From Nitrosarchaeum sp. (GTDB lineage Archaea; Thermoproteota; Nitrososphaeria; Nitrososphaerales; Nitrosopumilaceae), in the NCBI GenBank assembly GCA_965223865.1, contig OZ245020.1, positions 736,001-800,000 of the forward strand: DNA of 64,000 bases. Direction: 5' to 3'. Shown one piece after another: positions 42,966 through 52,390 of the stretch (positions within the stretch are counted from its first letter, which is position 1; each line of letters begins with the position of its first letter). The notes under the pieces are model-generated. The model was not told the origin of the DNA, ran no database searches, and saw only the letters and a program-made list of their open reading frames with translations. Position numbers and translations under genes: made by a program.

Positions 42966-43124
42966 ATGAAAACAACAACTCAGATACAAAAAACCAGCAA
43001 CTGGGACAAGATGGTCCATGCCCCTTTCAGAAAAGTAATCAAGTTTGACTTGATCTGTATGGGACTTGGTATTGTAATGGGTATGGGCCTTGGTGCCTTT
43101 TTAGTTGCAGGAGGAGGAGCATAG
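42966..43124 (+). CDS. 52-aa membrane microprotein (WDKMVHAPF motif)
   Basis: MKTTTQIQKTSNWDKMVHAPFRKVIKFDLICMG. Confidence 0.75.
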   Translation: MKTTTQIQKTSNWDKMVHAPFRKVIKFDLICMGLGIVMGMGLGAFLVAGGGA

Positions 43125-43168
43125 CTCCTCAATTTACTTTTTTATCAAACTTGGGTGTGAATAAGACA

Positions 43169-44143
43169 ATGATGAAGTTTACCAAAGTTGAACCAGCATA
43201 TACCTCAAAACATGGATGCAGGTTGGTATGGGAAGGAATCGACGAGGATGATTCAGACACAGTAATACTGAACAAAGATGAGCTTGATTCGCTTGTAGAG
43301 ATTCTAAAAAAGGACAAGACGGGTACAATAACACTAGAGGATCAGATGAGCTTCATTCTGGTAAACTCTGATGTCACGCAATTTATGTTACAGGGTCACG
43401 GACCACTGGAAGCTGACACATTTGATTTACAAAAACAAGTTTTAGAGTACGCAAAAATTCCTCACGAGCCTCAGTATGTCTACATTAATCCAAAAGAATT
43501 CTATCCTTCTGTATGGATAAGAAAAGAAGAAGAAAACTCTTCTGGACAACCAAACAAACAAAAATCAAAACCATCATTATTGCAGGCTATTTTATCCTCA
43601 GACCCAGAGAAAAAAGATCTGTCTCCTTCAGACTCTGACGTGTTTCGTATATTTTCAACAAGACGTTCTACCAGAAGATTTGCAAAAAATAAGATAGAAG
43701 ACTGGAAGGTTGACAAGATACTGGCAGCAGCTGACACTGCACCAACTGCAGGAAACTTTCAGGGTCTCAAGATATTTTACGTAAAAAATAACAAAACAAA
43801 AGAAGCATTAGTCGAGGCTGCAAATAGACAGCCGTATGTGAACGCTCCTCTTGTCCTGGTGTTTTGCATGGATCCATCCAGAGTGAATCTGAAATTCCCG
43901 CCGGAGATACTGGAAAAGTTTTCGATGCAGGATGCAACGTTAGCAGCTGCCTATGCGCAGATTGCAGCCTCAGGATTGGGCTTGAGCTCCATCTGGATAG
44001 GCATGATTGACGAAGAAAAGGTAAAAAATATTCTTGGAACCAAATTAAGACCGTCTTCCATTCTCTGCATTGGATACCCTGACAAGAAAAAGCCACCAAA
44101 ATCAAGAAGAAAACTCAAAGAATTAATCGAGGTCATTGAATAG
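43169..44143 (+). CDS. Nitroreductase with extra N-terminal domain
   Basis: RRSTRRF, APTAGNFQ, GLSSIWIG, LCIGYP. Confidence 0.88.
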   Translation: MMKFTKVEPAYTSKHGCRLVWEGIDEDDSDTVILNKDELDSLVEILKKDKTGTITLEDQMSFILVNSDVTQFMLQGHGPLEADTFDLQKQVLEYAKIPHEPQYVYINPKEFYPSVWIRKEEENSSGQPNKQKSKPSLLQAILSSDPEKKDLSPSDSDVFRIFSTRRSTRRFAKNKIEDWKVDKILAAADTAPTAGNFQGLKIFYVKNNKTKEALVEAANRQPYVNAPLVLVFCMDPSRVNLKFPPEILEKFSMQDATLAAAYAQIAASGLGLSSIWIGMIDEEKVKNILGTKLRPSSILCIGYPDKKKPPKSRRKLKELIEVIE

Positions 44144-44216
44144 ATTTAATCAATGTTTCATTATTTTTACATTTTTTCCATCTGTATAGAAAACAGATGC
44201 CGTGTGAATAATTAAA

Positions 44217-44348
44217 TCAGTCCAGTGGAAAGTCGGTTTCACAAATGACGCACCTACCTCTTATTCCCTTATAATTTCCATTATAGTATTGGATTATCTC
44301 TTTTTTGCATATGATACAATTCAAACTATTTTTGGGCAACATATTCAT
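44217..44348 (-). CDS. 43-aa Zn-ribbon microprotein ending DFPLD
   Basis: CIICKKEIIQYYNGNYKGIRGRCVICETDFPLD. Confidence 0.75.
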   Translation of the reverse strand: MNMLPKNSLNCIICKKEIIQYYNGNYKGIRGRCVICETDFPLD

Positions 44349-44395
44349 TTGGTTTTCACGCTATAAAAACAACATATTACTGAAAGTTTTTTTTG

Positions 44396-44494
44396 TTATT
44401 TTGAAATCTCAATGGCACACTTTGTTGAACAGATTCTTCTGTTGAAAACATCTTCATACTCTCTTCCACAATGAACACATTTTCTAAACACCAT
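44396..44494 (-). CDS. 32-aa CxHC...CSxxC Zn-finger microprotein
   Basis: MVFRKCVHCGREYEDVFNRRICSTKCAIEISK. Confidence 0.75.
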   Translation of the reverse strand: MVFRKCVHCGREYEDVFNRRICSTKCAIEISK

Positions 44495-44633
44495 GTCCTT
44501 ATTTGGAGTTTCATGAATTTAAAGAGATCATGTATCTAATGATTAAAAAATTCATTTTACATTTGTAGAATATCTCTTAGTTATAGCTCATTTTCATCTG
44601 ATTTTTATGTAGTAAATAAAAAAGTAATTACTC

Positions 44634-45434
44634 ATGAGTGACCTCATTGATGAGACTGCAAACTATGTTTTAGATCTTGCAAGCCCACAAAGATTGTCAA
44701 TACTATTCAAACTGCTTGAGAAAAACTATACTCCAACTGAGATTGCAAAAAAACTAGAGTCTACAAAACAAGAAGTTCATAGAAATTTCATCAGGCTGAC
44801 AGAAAGTGGATTAATCGAGAAAAATGTTGATGGAAAATATTCTCTTACGACATTTGGTGAAGTTGTGTGCACTCAAGTACCTACACTAGTGTTTTTGTCT
44901 CAGAACAGAAAATATTTTGAGGAGCATAGCTTTGGTGAAATTCCTCACAAGTTCAAGATGCGATGTGGGCAGCTTGCCAGCGGAAAGCACATCAAAGGTT
45001 TTTCTAAAGTGATAGAAAAATGGAAATTAATCTACAAAAATGCTGATGATTACATCTATGAGATACTCTCTGAAGTTCCACTTGATTTGATTGAACCGCT
45101 AGTCAGACGCGTTAAGAAAGGAGTGAAATTCAATTACATCTTCTCCGAATCAATAGTTGTTCCAGAAGGACGTAAGTCGTTGTTAAAGAAACTTGGATTT
45201 GACAAGCTTGTAGATAAGGGACTAGTAGAACGCAAGATGGCAGATAATGTACAGACGGTACTGGTCCTCAGTGAAAAGGAAGCCTGTGTCTTGTTTCCAG
45301 ACAAAAACGGAGAATCTGACATCAGTGAGATGTTTTATTCTGATGATCCAATGTTTCATGAGTGGTGTCTTGACTATTTCAGGTACTGTTGGTATGGCTC
45401 TGATGCATTCAAGGAAAGCAAGTTAAAAGAATAA
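44634..45434 (+). CDS. ArsR-like wHTH regulator with C-terminal DUF1724/FilR1-type domain
   Basis: LASPQRLSIL...QEVHRN...YSLTTFG; FHEWCLDYF. Confidence 0.85.
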   Translation: MSDLIDETANYVLDLASPQRLSILFKLLEKNYTPTEIAKKLESTKQEVHRNFIRLTESGLIEKNVDGKYSLTTFGEVVCTQVPTLVFLSQNRKYFEEHSFGEIPHKFKMRCGQLASGKHIKGFSKVIEKWKLIYKNADDYIYEILSEVPLDLIEPLVRRVKKGVKFNYIFSESIVVPEGRKSLLKKLGFDKLVDKGLVERKMADNVQTVLVLSEKEACVLFPDKNGESDISEMFYSDDPMFHEWCLDYFRYCWYGSDAFKESKLKE

Positions 45435-45457
45435 TAATCAGATCTGCAAAAAAAGGA

Positions 45458-46096
45458 TTAGGAAACAATTACTGTTCCCGTCATCCATGGGTGTACCATA
45501 CAAAAGTACTCATATTCTCCTGTAATCTCAAAGTCCAACGAATAGGATTGGAAAGGCTCTATTAGCTGACTGTCAAACAGTCCGTTTGGACCATCTCTGG
45601 CGTTTCCACTTGTGACTGTATGCACCACTGAGTCATTGTTTGTCCATATTACCTCTCCGCCATTGTTGATTTTGGCTTGTGATGGAATATAGCAGGTGTT
45701 GTTATCTTCACATCCAGGAACATATGTCATAGGAGATATGCGTACTTCTGCAAGGAATCTGTCATTCATTGACTGTTTTACTACATCTGGAACATCAGGT
45801 ATTGTCTCTCCGATGTCCTCTATTGTTTCTTCTACCTCATCAGTAATCGTTTCAGCTGCGTCTGTCACAATGTCTATCTCATCGATTGTTTCTTCTATCA
45901 TCTCAATTGATTCGTCAATGAACTCTTCTGTGTTTTCTGGGATTTCTCTTAGCTCTGCAGCAGTTCTTGCTATTGCAAGTTCTCCCTGCAATTGCATAGA
46001 ACTCTCATTTGTATTTGAGGAATTTGCAACAAATGCTACTGCTGCTGCAGTTACTGCAAGCACAACAAGAATTCCCATTTTATCTGTGCTGCTCAC
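45458..46096 (-). CDS. Membrane-anchored plastocyanin-like cupredoxin with acidic stalk
   Basis: HTVTSG, YFCMVHPWM. Confidence 0.88.
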   Translation of the reverse strand: MSSTDKMGILVVLAVTAAAVAFVANSSNTNESSMQLQGELAIARTAAELREIPENTEEFIDESIEMIEETIDEIDIVTDAAETITDEVEETIEDIGETIPDVPDVVKQSMNDRFLAEVRISPMTYVPGCEDNNTCYIPSQAKINNGGEVIWTNNDSVVHTVTSGNARDGPNGLFDSQLIEPFQSYSLDFEITGEYEYFCMVHPWMTGTVIVS

Positions 46097-46185
46097 ATTA
46101 CTGCTTACGTCTTAATTCCAATAATCCCTCATAAGCTGGGAACATTAATGTCAGCTACTGTTTTGATCAAATAATAATTCATCAT

Positions 46186-46573
46186 CTATACACTCTGTTT
46201 GTATTCTGTTTCAAGTTTTGTAATGTTTTTTACTAAAGAATCAATCTCAAGAACAGTATTTGACAAGTGTGCAAGGGCTTTTTTTCTTTTTTCTTGCATT
46301 TGCTGAATTGATCTTGTACTAAGTTGCTCTATTCCTGTTATTGAGATATTGTTTTCGCGTATTTTTTTGATATCGTCTTTGAGCTCAGTTAATAATCTTG
46401 ATTGTTTCTGACGACATGACAGTATTTCTTTTTTAATTTGTGGTAATTTTGATTTAGTTTTATGCGTGTTGTTTTTAGATTTGGATTTTTTGATGTTCTT
46501 TCCAATCGGTATATTTCTAAGATTATCTTTTTTTATTTGTTTCAGATATTTGGACAGATATAATAATTTTCAA
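46186..46573 (-). pseudogene. Lys-rich coiled-coil ORF, probable extra A just after a TTG start
   Basis: About 125 open codons directly downstream of 46577-46900. Confidence 0.35.
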
Positions 46574-46576
46574 GAA

Positions 46577-46900
46577 TTATTTTACTAGACATTCACATAT
46601 GCCACCTGATATCTTCCAGCTCTTGCCACCCATCTTTTTGCATTGAGTTTTGGATACATTTTTTGCAAGAACATTCCTACACCCTGATTGAAGATAACAT
46701 GTGCCTAGAGATCTTCGTGCATAATGCTTCTTTTTATTTACAGATCTGTGCGTGGCACTTCTCGTCTTTGTTTTACTATCAATCTTTTTGACTGATAAGG
46801 CAGGAAGTTTTTTTCTGATGCGTCTGGTCTTTGAGATAGTAGGTTTCTTAATTTTTGGGATTTTTGGTTTTGGCATTCTGGGTCTTTTTACACCTGGCAT
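46577..46900 (-). CDS. Highly basic protein with C-terminal Cys-rich domain
   Basis: K/R/P-rich N-terminus; five Cys in the last 40 aa. Confidence 0.65.
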   Translation of the reverse strand: MPGVKRPRMPKPKIPKIKKPTISKTRRIRKKLPALSVKKIDSKTKTRSATHRSVNKKKHYARRSLGTCYLQSGCRNVLAKNVSKTQCKKMGGKSWKISGGICECLVK

Positions 46901-46950
46901 CTTACTAACAAAGTCTTTATTGATATTAAACCTAGCACTTGAAGAGCAGC

Positions 46951-47385
46951 ATGGTATTATCTTTTAAGCACATACTTGTCCCATATGATGGCACCAAAAC
47001 TGGAGACAAGGCATTTAATGGGGCATTACAGCTTGCAAAAAAATTTGAATCAAAAATTATCCTTTTGTCATGCATAGAGCGTGAACCTACATTTGTTTTC
47101 TTTGAGACAAAATCAGATAAACAAAACGTAAAAAAACGAAACAAAGCAATGCAACAAAGGATGGATAAGCTAAAAAACACTGCAGCCAAAAATAACATAA
47201 CATGCAGTTCCAAAATAACTAACTGTAATTTGGCTTCAAAATGCATTGTATCTTATGTGAAATCACACAAGATTGATCTAATTGTTATGAGCAAATCATC
47301 AAAGATAAATCCTGAAAAAATATATCATGAAAGCACAGTCAACTATGTCTACGGACATGTAGATTGTCCAATGTTTAACATTTAG
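46951..47385 (+). CDS. Universal stress protein
   Basis: HILVPYDG...IDLIVM. Confidence 0.85.
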   Translation: MVLSFKHILVPYDGTKTGDKAFNGALQLAKKFESKIILLSCIEREPTFVFFETKSDKQNVKKRNKAMQQRMDKLKNTAAKNNITCSSKITNCNLASKCIVSYVKSHKIDLIVMSKSSKINPEKIYHESTVNYVYGHVDCPMFNI

Positions 47386-47469
47386 TAAATTTTGTTTTAT
47401 TCAAACGTATCACCATGTCTACAACTTCCAACCTCCTAATTGATTAAATCTAAAAATCGGTATATTTTA

Positions 47470-48453
47470 TTGAAGAAAATCATTTTGACCTTACATGAAC
47501 CGCAAGGTCAAAGCATTGAATACGTATTCAAGGAATTCAAAGTTCCGTTTTATAAAGAAAAAGTAAAAACTGATGAGATGGAGTTACTCGAATATACTGC
47601 ACTTGCGCCGGACAACACTGCAAGAACAATTCTTGAAAAAGTCTCCAGAATACTTGATACTCGACAAAAAGAGGTTACAGTTACAAGTCAGACCCTTGAT
47701 GCTGCTTTTTCAGATTATCTTATGAACCTAGAACAACAGGAGGACTCGAAAAGTACAGGACGTCTAGCCGAAGAGTTCCATGCAATAGCTGAACCCTCAG
47801 TGGATTTTAACAAGAATCTTTTGGCCATGGTCGTAATTGCTTCCGCAGTAGCATTGGTAGGATTATTCACCGACAATGCAGCACTTGTGATTGGAGGCAT
47901 GTTGCTTGCCCCACTGATAGGGCCTATGACTGCTTTTTCGTTTAATGTAGCCGTAGCCCATCCTGAAAAGATGGCAAAGGCCACAGTCAACGGCCTGTTG
48001 TTGCTGATTGCATCATTTGCAACTGCTGCAATACTCACACTGGTTGTATCTCAGTTTGTCGACCTGCCCATAACTGAGGAGATTCTGCTTAGAACAGAGA
48101 CATCTGTTGTTTTCTTGGCATTAGCAATAGCACTCGGAATTGCAGGTGGAATTGCAATGTCTACTAATGTTCCTGGAATTTTAGTAGGTGTTGCAATTGC
48201 AGCAGCACTGGTCCCTCCATCGGCAGTAACTGGAATTGGACTAGCATTAGGAAGAGTTGACATTTTTACCGATGCACTAGTACTTACAGCATCAAATGTA
48301 ATTGGTCTTATACTTGGTATGATGGTAGTATTTTTTGTAAAGAGAATAACTCCAAGAAAATATCATGAAAAAGAAAAAGGCAAAAAATACATGATTATAT
48401 CAATTTCAATTTTTGTTGGGCTTAGTATGATTGTAGGTTGGCTAACATTTTAA
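47470..48453 (+). CDS. TIGR00341/DUF389 membrane protein
   Basis: VIGGMLLAPLIGP, GVAIAAALVPP. Confidence 0.88.
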   Translation: MKKIILTLHEPQGQSIEYVFKEFKVPFYKEKVKTDEMELLEYTALAPDNTARTILEKVSRILDTRQKEVTVTSQTLDAAFSDYLMNLEQQEDSKSTGRLAEEFHAIAEPSVDFNKNLLAMVVIASAVALVGLFTDNAALVIGGMLLAPLIGPMTAFSFNVAVAHPEKMAKATVNGLLLLIASFATAAILTLVVSQFVDLPITEEILLRTETSVVFLALAIALGIAGGIAMSTNVPGILVGVAIAAALVPPSAVTGIGLALGRVDIFTDALVLTASNVIGLILGMMVVFFVKRITPRKYHEKEKGKKYMIISISIFVGLSMIVGWLTF

Positions 48454-48611
48454 ATTAATGGTACAATCTTGTGGTATTTTATGGTTAACATTGACTTTGT
48501 TTTCTTTTAATCATCCTAATTCCTTATGATGGAACAGAAAGCCGTAAGATTGTATTTCAATCTTCCAATAAGATAGAGTTTGTTGAAGAAATATTCGCCC
48601 TTTTTTACCAT

Positions 48612-48824
48612 CTATGTTTTTACTTTGAATCGATTTTTGTACTCATGAGCAAGCAATATTGGAAATGTAGTAAGCTCGATGTTATCATATAGATTTTTGA
48701 GTTGTTTGTCGCCAAGTGAATGCAGATACTTCTTTATGTTAATTTCAGTTTTAATATGATCTCCTTTAGGGTCGATAAGATTTTTCACGCGTTTATTGCA
48801 TAAATTTTTGATATATTCTATCAT
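48612..48824 (-). CDS. Hypothetical protein (70 aa)
   Basis: ATG ORF of plausible composition. Confidence 0.55.
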   Translation of the reverse strand: MIEYIKNLCNKRVKNLIDPKGDHIKTEINIKKYLHSLGDKQLKNLYDNIELTTFPILLAHEYKNRFKVKT

Positions 48825-48896
48825 AAGCTTCTGTTATGATATTAAGCTGTGATTTGTACTAGTTTTGATATCAAATGCACAACAAGTGTTACTATC

Positions 48897-49115
48897 ATGA
48901 CAACATTGAAACAATTCAAAGAGATCCTTGATGATATGGGCGAGCTAATGCTCATGACAGACACAGGAGAAAAATTTGAACTGCATAAACACAACGTGCA
49001 GTTTGATGAACAAAAAGATGCAATTGTAATTGATGCAGCTTCAGAGACCTTCTGGTTGGATCCTGCAAAGATAGCATACTATTGGATCCACAAAGAAGCC
49101 AAAGAAGAGAAGTAG
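48897..49115 (+). CDS. Small beta-rich hypothetical protein
   Basis: ATG ORF; GEKFELHKHNV...FWLD. Confidence 0.65.
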   Translation: MTTLKQFKEILDDMGELMLMTDTGEKFELHKHNVQFDEQKDAIVIDAASETFWLDPAKIAYYWIHKEAKEEK

Positions 49116-49150
49116 TAGGTAATCAATTAGCCCATTACAACATCAATTCA

Positions 49151-49960
49151 TCAATTTTTTATTCTTATGGGCTTTGTTCTTGATATTTTTTTAGATTTTT
49201 TCCATATATGCTCAAAGTAATCAAGACACCATTCGTGAAATCCCAAACTTTTTCCATAAAACATGTGTCGTAAATCTGGCTCTCTATTTGATGTAGAAAA
49301 TACAACACCAGCCTCTTTTTCGTTTATCAATAAAATCACAGATACCGAACTGTGTTCCTTACGATGTATTTTTTTATCTTCTATGAATTTGTAATAATTC
49401 ATCTTCTCCAACGTTTTGGTTCTGTCTTCTGGTTCTTGTAATTCTCTTGAAATGATATGGCGGTATTGTACTCCTTTTGCGATTTTTTTGAGTAAAGGAC
49501 TCATCATTTCCGGCGGAGATTCGGATAATATGTCAAACACATATTCTTCTGCATTGGAGTATATTGATCTCCATCTCTCCAGGACTGATGTAACTCCTTT
49601 AATGTGCTGACATCCTTCAAGTACTCCCAATCGTTTTGTAAACTTTGTTGGCAGATCTGCAAGATCATGATCCTCAAAGAATTTTTTATTCTTTGTAAGA
49701 AACGAAACGAGAGACATCTGAGACAGCATTACGTTACCAAATGTGGTTATCCTATAATGGTCCCCAAGTCCTTTTCTGACCATTCCAGCATGCCCTAATC
49801 TGTCAAGGTTTCTGTGTATCTCTTGCGGTGTAACGTGAAGTTTTTTTGCTATTGCATTTATTCTTGAAGGTTTTTTTGAAAGATGGCTTAATATCTGGAG
49901 TCGCTGCTCACTGGCTAGTTCTAAAAAATAACTTGCAATGCTCTCAAAATTTGCTGTCAA
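49151..49960 (-). CDS. ArsR-like wHTH regulator, paralog of 44634
   Basis: ELASEQRLQIL...QEIHRN; FHEWCLDYF; start inferred from paralog length. Confidence 0.85.
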   Translation of the reverse strand: MTANFESIASYFLELASEQRLQILSHLSKKPSRINAIAKKLHVTPQEIHRNLDRLGHAGMVRKGLGDHYRITTFGNVMLSQMSLVSFLTKNKKFFEDHDLADLPTKFTKRLGVLEGCQHIKGVTSVLERWRSIYSNAEEYVFDILSESPPEMMSPLLKKIAKGVQYRHIISRELQEPEDRTKTLEKMNYYKFIEDKKIHRKEHSSVSVILLINEKEAGVVFSTSNREPDLRHMFYGKSLGFHEWCLDYFEHIWKKSKKISRTKPIRIKN

Positions 49961-50150
49961 CAAAGAGATGATTTTTTTATCATATAAAATCAATTGCCAT
50001 GCTACCATAGACATAAAAAATATTAAGCAAAAAGAACCAAAGAAACAATTTCCTATCAAAGCAGTTTTATCTTTAGTGCATAAGCTTGACATATGATTTT
50101 CAGCTTATTTTTTTATAAATAATAATATCATTTGTACACAAATTGTTCAT

Positions 50151-51110
50151 ATGAGAAATAACCCTGATCAGATCTCAATTCATGATGATAAATTTTACAC
50201 TCATCATTCTTGTGCGGATAAGAATTATTCTGTCTTGGTAACAGATAATGAAAATGGCGAGGTTTGTTGCAGTAAATGTGGTACTGTTCTAGTTGAAAAG
50301 ACAATAGATAGGGCTAACCCTTCCCGAATATTTTCAAGCGAGGATCATGTTTCCAAGAAAGCAAATGGCCCACCTTCAAAACTGTACATGTCTAGCTTGA
50401 AAAGCTCATCTATTATCCCTGACACAACTCTTGATGCGTCAGGAAGAAAAATGATACCAGAAAACCGGGCACGTTTTTCTAGAATGCGTCTATGGGACTC
50501 TCGTAGCAAAAACAACAAAGAAAGAGGCTTTCTACGTGCATTTACAATACTTGATTCTTTTGCAAATAAGCTACACTTGCCTGAAAACGCAAAAGAACAT
50601 TCTGCCTACATTTACAGAAAGGCAGCAGATAGAAAAATTATCAAAGGCCATTCGATTTTATCTATGATGTCAGCATCAGTATATGTGTCTTGCAAACAGC
50701 TTTCGATACCAAGAAGCATTGATGATGTGGCACAAATTGCAAATATTCCAAAAAAGACATTAGCTCGTTCTTTTAGGCGTCTTGTACGTGAGTTGGATCT
50801 AGAAATTATATCATCAAACATTGACTATGTTTCAAAGGTTGCAAGTTCAGTTTCAATTGGAGAAAAAAGCAAGAGAATTTCAAGCAAAATATTACAAGAT
50901 GCAAAAAAAGAAGGTATTCATGTTGGGAAAAATCCTATAGGACTCACTGCTGCATCGGTTTATCTTTCTGCCATTGGCTCTGGAGAATATGTTACTATGA
51001 AAAAATTGTCTCAAAAAAATAATATCAGCACGGTTACAATAAGAAAACTTGTAAGGGTATTGAGGCCCTTTGCGGCAAGATACATCAAAACCATAGAGGT
51101 AAGCAAATAA
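50151..51110 (+). CDS. tfb: Transcription initiation factor IIB, divergent paralog
   Basis: GEVCCSKCG, RMRLWD, cyclin repeats, GKNPIG. Confidence 0.9.
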   Translation: MRNNPDQISIHDDKFYTHHSCADKNYSVLVTDNENGEVCCSKCGTVLVEKTIDRANPSRIFSSEDHVSKKANGPPSKLYMSSLKSSSIIPDTTLDASGRKMIPENRARFSRMRLWDSRSKNNKERGFLRAFTILDSFANKLHLPENAKEHSAYIYRKAADRKIIKGHSILSMMSASVYVSCKQLSIPRSIDDVAQIANIPKKTLARSFRRLVRELDLEIISSNIDYVSKVASSVSIGEKSKRISSKILQDAKKEGIHVGKNPIGLTAASVYLSAIGSGEYVTMKKLSQKNNISTVTIRKLVRVLRPFAARYIKTIEVSK

Positions 51111-51129
51111 CAGGACAGAGTATAACATC

Positions 51130-51423
51130 ATGCCAATCAACCAAGACGAATGGAGTAAAGGAAGTATTTTATCAAAATTAAAACCAACAGTCATAAAGTT
51201 TCTTGAAGGCAATAGATCTCAAGCCTTTACAGATGTTGAGATTCTGGAGTCTCTTAAACAAGACAACCAGAGTGTTTCTAGCCAAGGAGGTCTTCTTACG
51301 GGCATGGATTCATTACTTCTTTTAAGACAAAAGCTGAAGGAATTGATCAGTGAAGAAGTTATCGAATCAAAATTAATTGAAATCGAAGATTCTTCATCTA
51401 TGATGTATTACAAATTCAAATAG
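51130..51423 (+). CDS. Hypothetical wHTH-like protein
   Basis: VIKFL...AFTDVEI...LKELISE...YY pattern. Confidence 0.6.
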   Translation: MPINQDEWSKGSILSKLKPTVIKFLEGNRSQAFTDVEILESLKQDNQSVSSQGGLLTGMDSLLLLRQKLKELISEEVIESKLIEIEDSSSMMYYKFK

Positions 51424-51500
51424 AATTTTGGCATGTATGTTACAGGCAGGATGGCACAAAAAAATCCAAAAACATCAAAATAGGGAAGAAAGACTCTAAA

Positions 51501-51770
51501 TTGGAAAGTACAACCAATGAAATTATTATTAGGACAAGAGATTTTGAATTATTGCCTGATGTTGAGCACTATGTACAACATCTAAAAGACGAAGGGATAC
51601 TAGAGAAACTTGCAAGTGAAAACAAACTAACTGCAGAAGAATTAAAAAAACTTCCTCTTGGCCGAATGTGTGATATTTTTGAAGAAAACGTAGGTCAAAA
51701 TATGGAATCAGGAGATGTTATTATTTTTTCTGATACAGGAAATTTTGAAGTATATACTGGAGGCACCTGA
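51501..51770 (+). CDS. Hypothetical acidic protein
   Basis: 89-aa ORF. Confidence 0.55.
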   Translation: MESTTNEIIIRTRDFELLPDVEHYVQHLKDEGILEKLASENKLTAEELKKLPLGRMCDIFEENVGQNMESGDVIIFSDTGNFEVYTGGT

Positions 51771-51999
51771 TATTACAAAGTTTTTAGATTCCGAGTGGGC
51801 ACGTTTCTAGACTCCTTACTGTATCCTCTTACATGTTATGCTTCCAATCAAATTTGAACCATAGAAAACTTTATGATTAAGAAACAAGAAGTATAGTAGA
51901 TAAAAATGCCCAAAGGTAAGAAAAACCAGAGGGTGTCCAATCTTGCAAATACCAGCCCGCCCCCGGCACACAACGTTTAGTTCGAAGCCCATCCAAAGG

Positions 52000-52158
52000 A
52001 GGAATGCAATAAAGATTCCATTTAATGAAAAATACTATGACAATAACTGAATATTCTGCGGAAAGTGCGAGAGATTCATGAAGATTCCAACTGTTAGATG
52101 CCCATGTTGTAAGGGATCAGTGAGATACAAACCTAGGAATAGAAAATTATTCTATTGA
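52000..52158 (+). pseudogene. Degenerate CxxC...CPCC Zn-finger gene
   Basis: YYDNN*IFCGKCERF...CPCC...RYKPRN; related to 5372 and 20656. Confidence 0.45.
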
Positions 52159-52390
52159 GAAGTGCTTAGAGAAAAGAGATCAGAGTAGAAAAACTAGAAA
52201 AATAAATCACTAGTATTCAGCCTTTTTCATTGCTATGACTCAAAAATAAGTAGATTTTTGTAAATTATTGAAGGGAATTATGACAAATGATAATTAAATG
52301 TCTCATCTAATTTTCAATAATTTTTAGATCATTTCAGAAATGAAAATTGTGTTTTGTTTATAAATACCGAATTAAATCAATGTTGAATTC

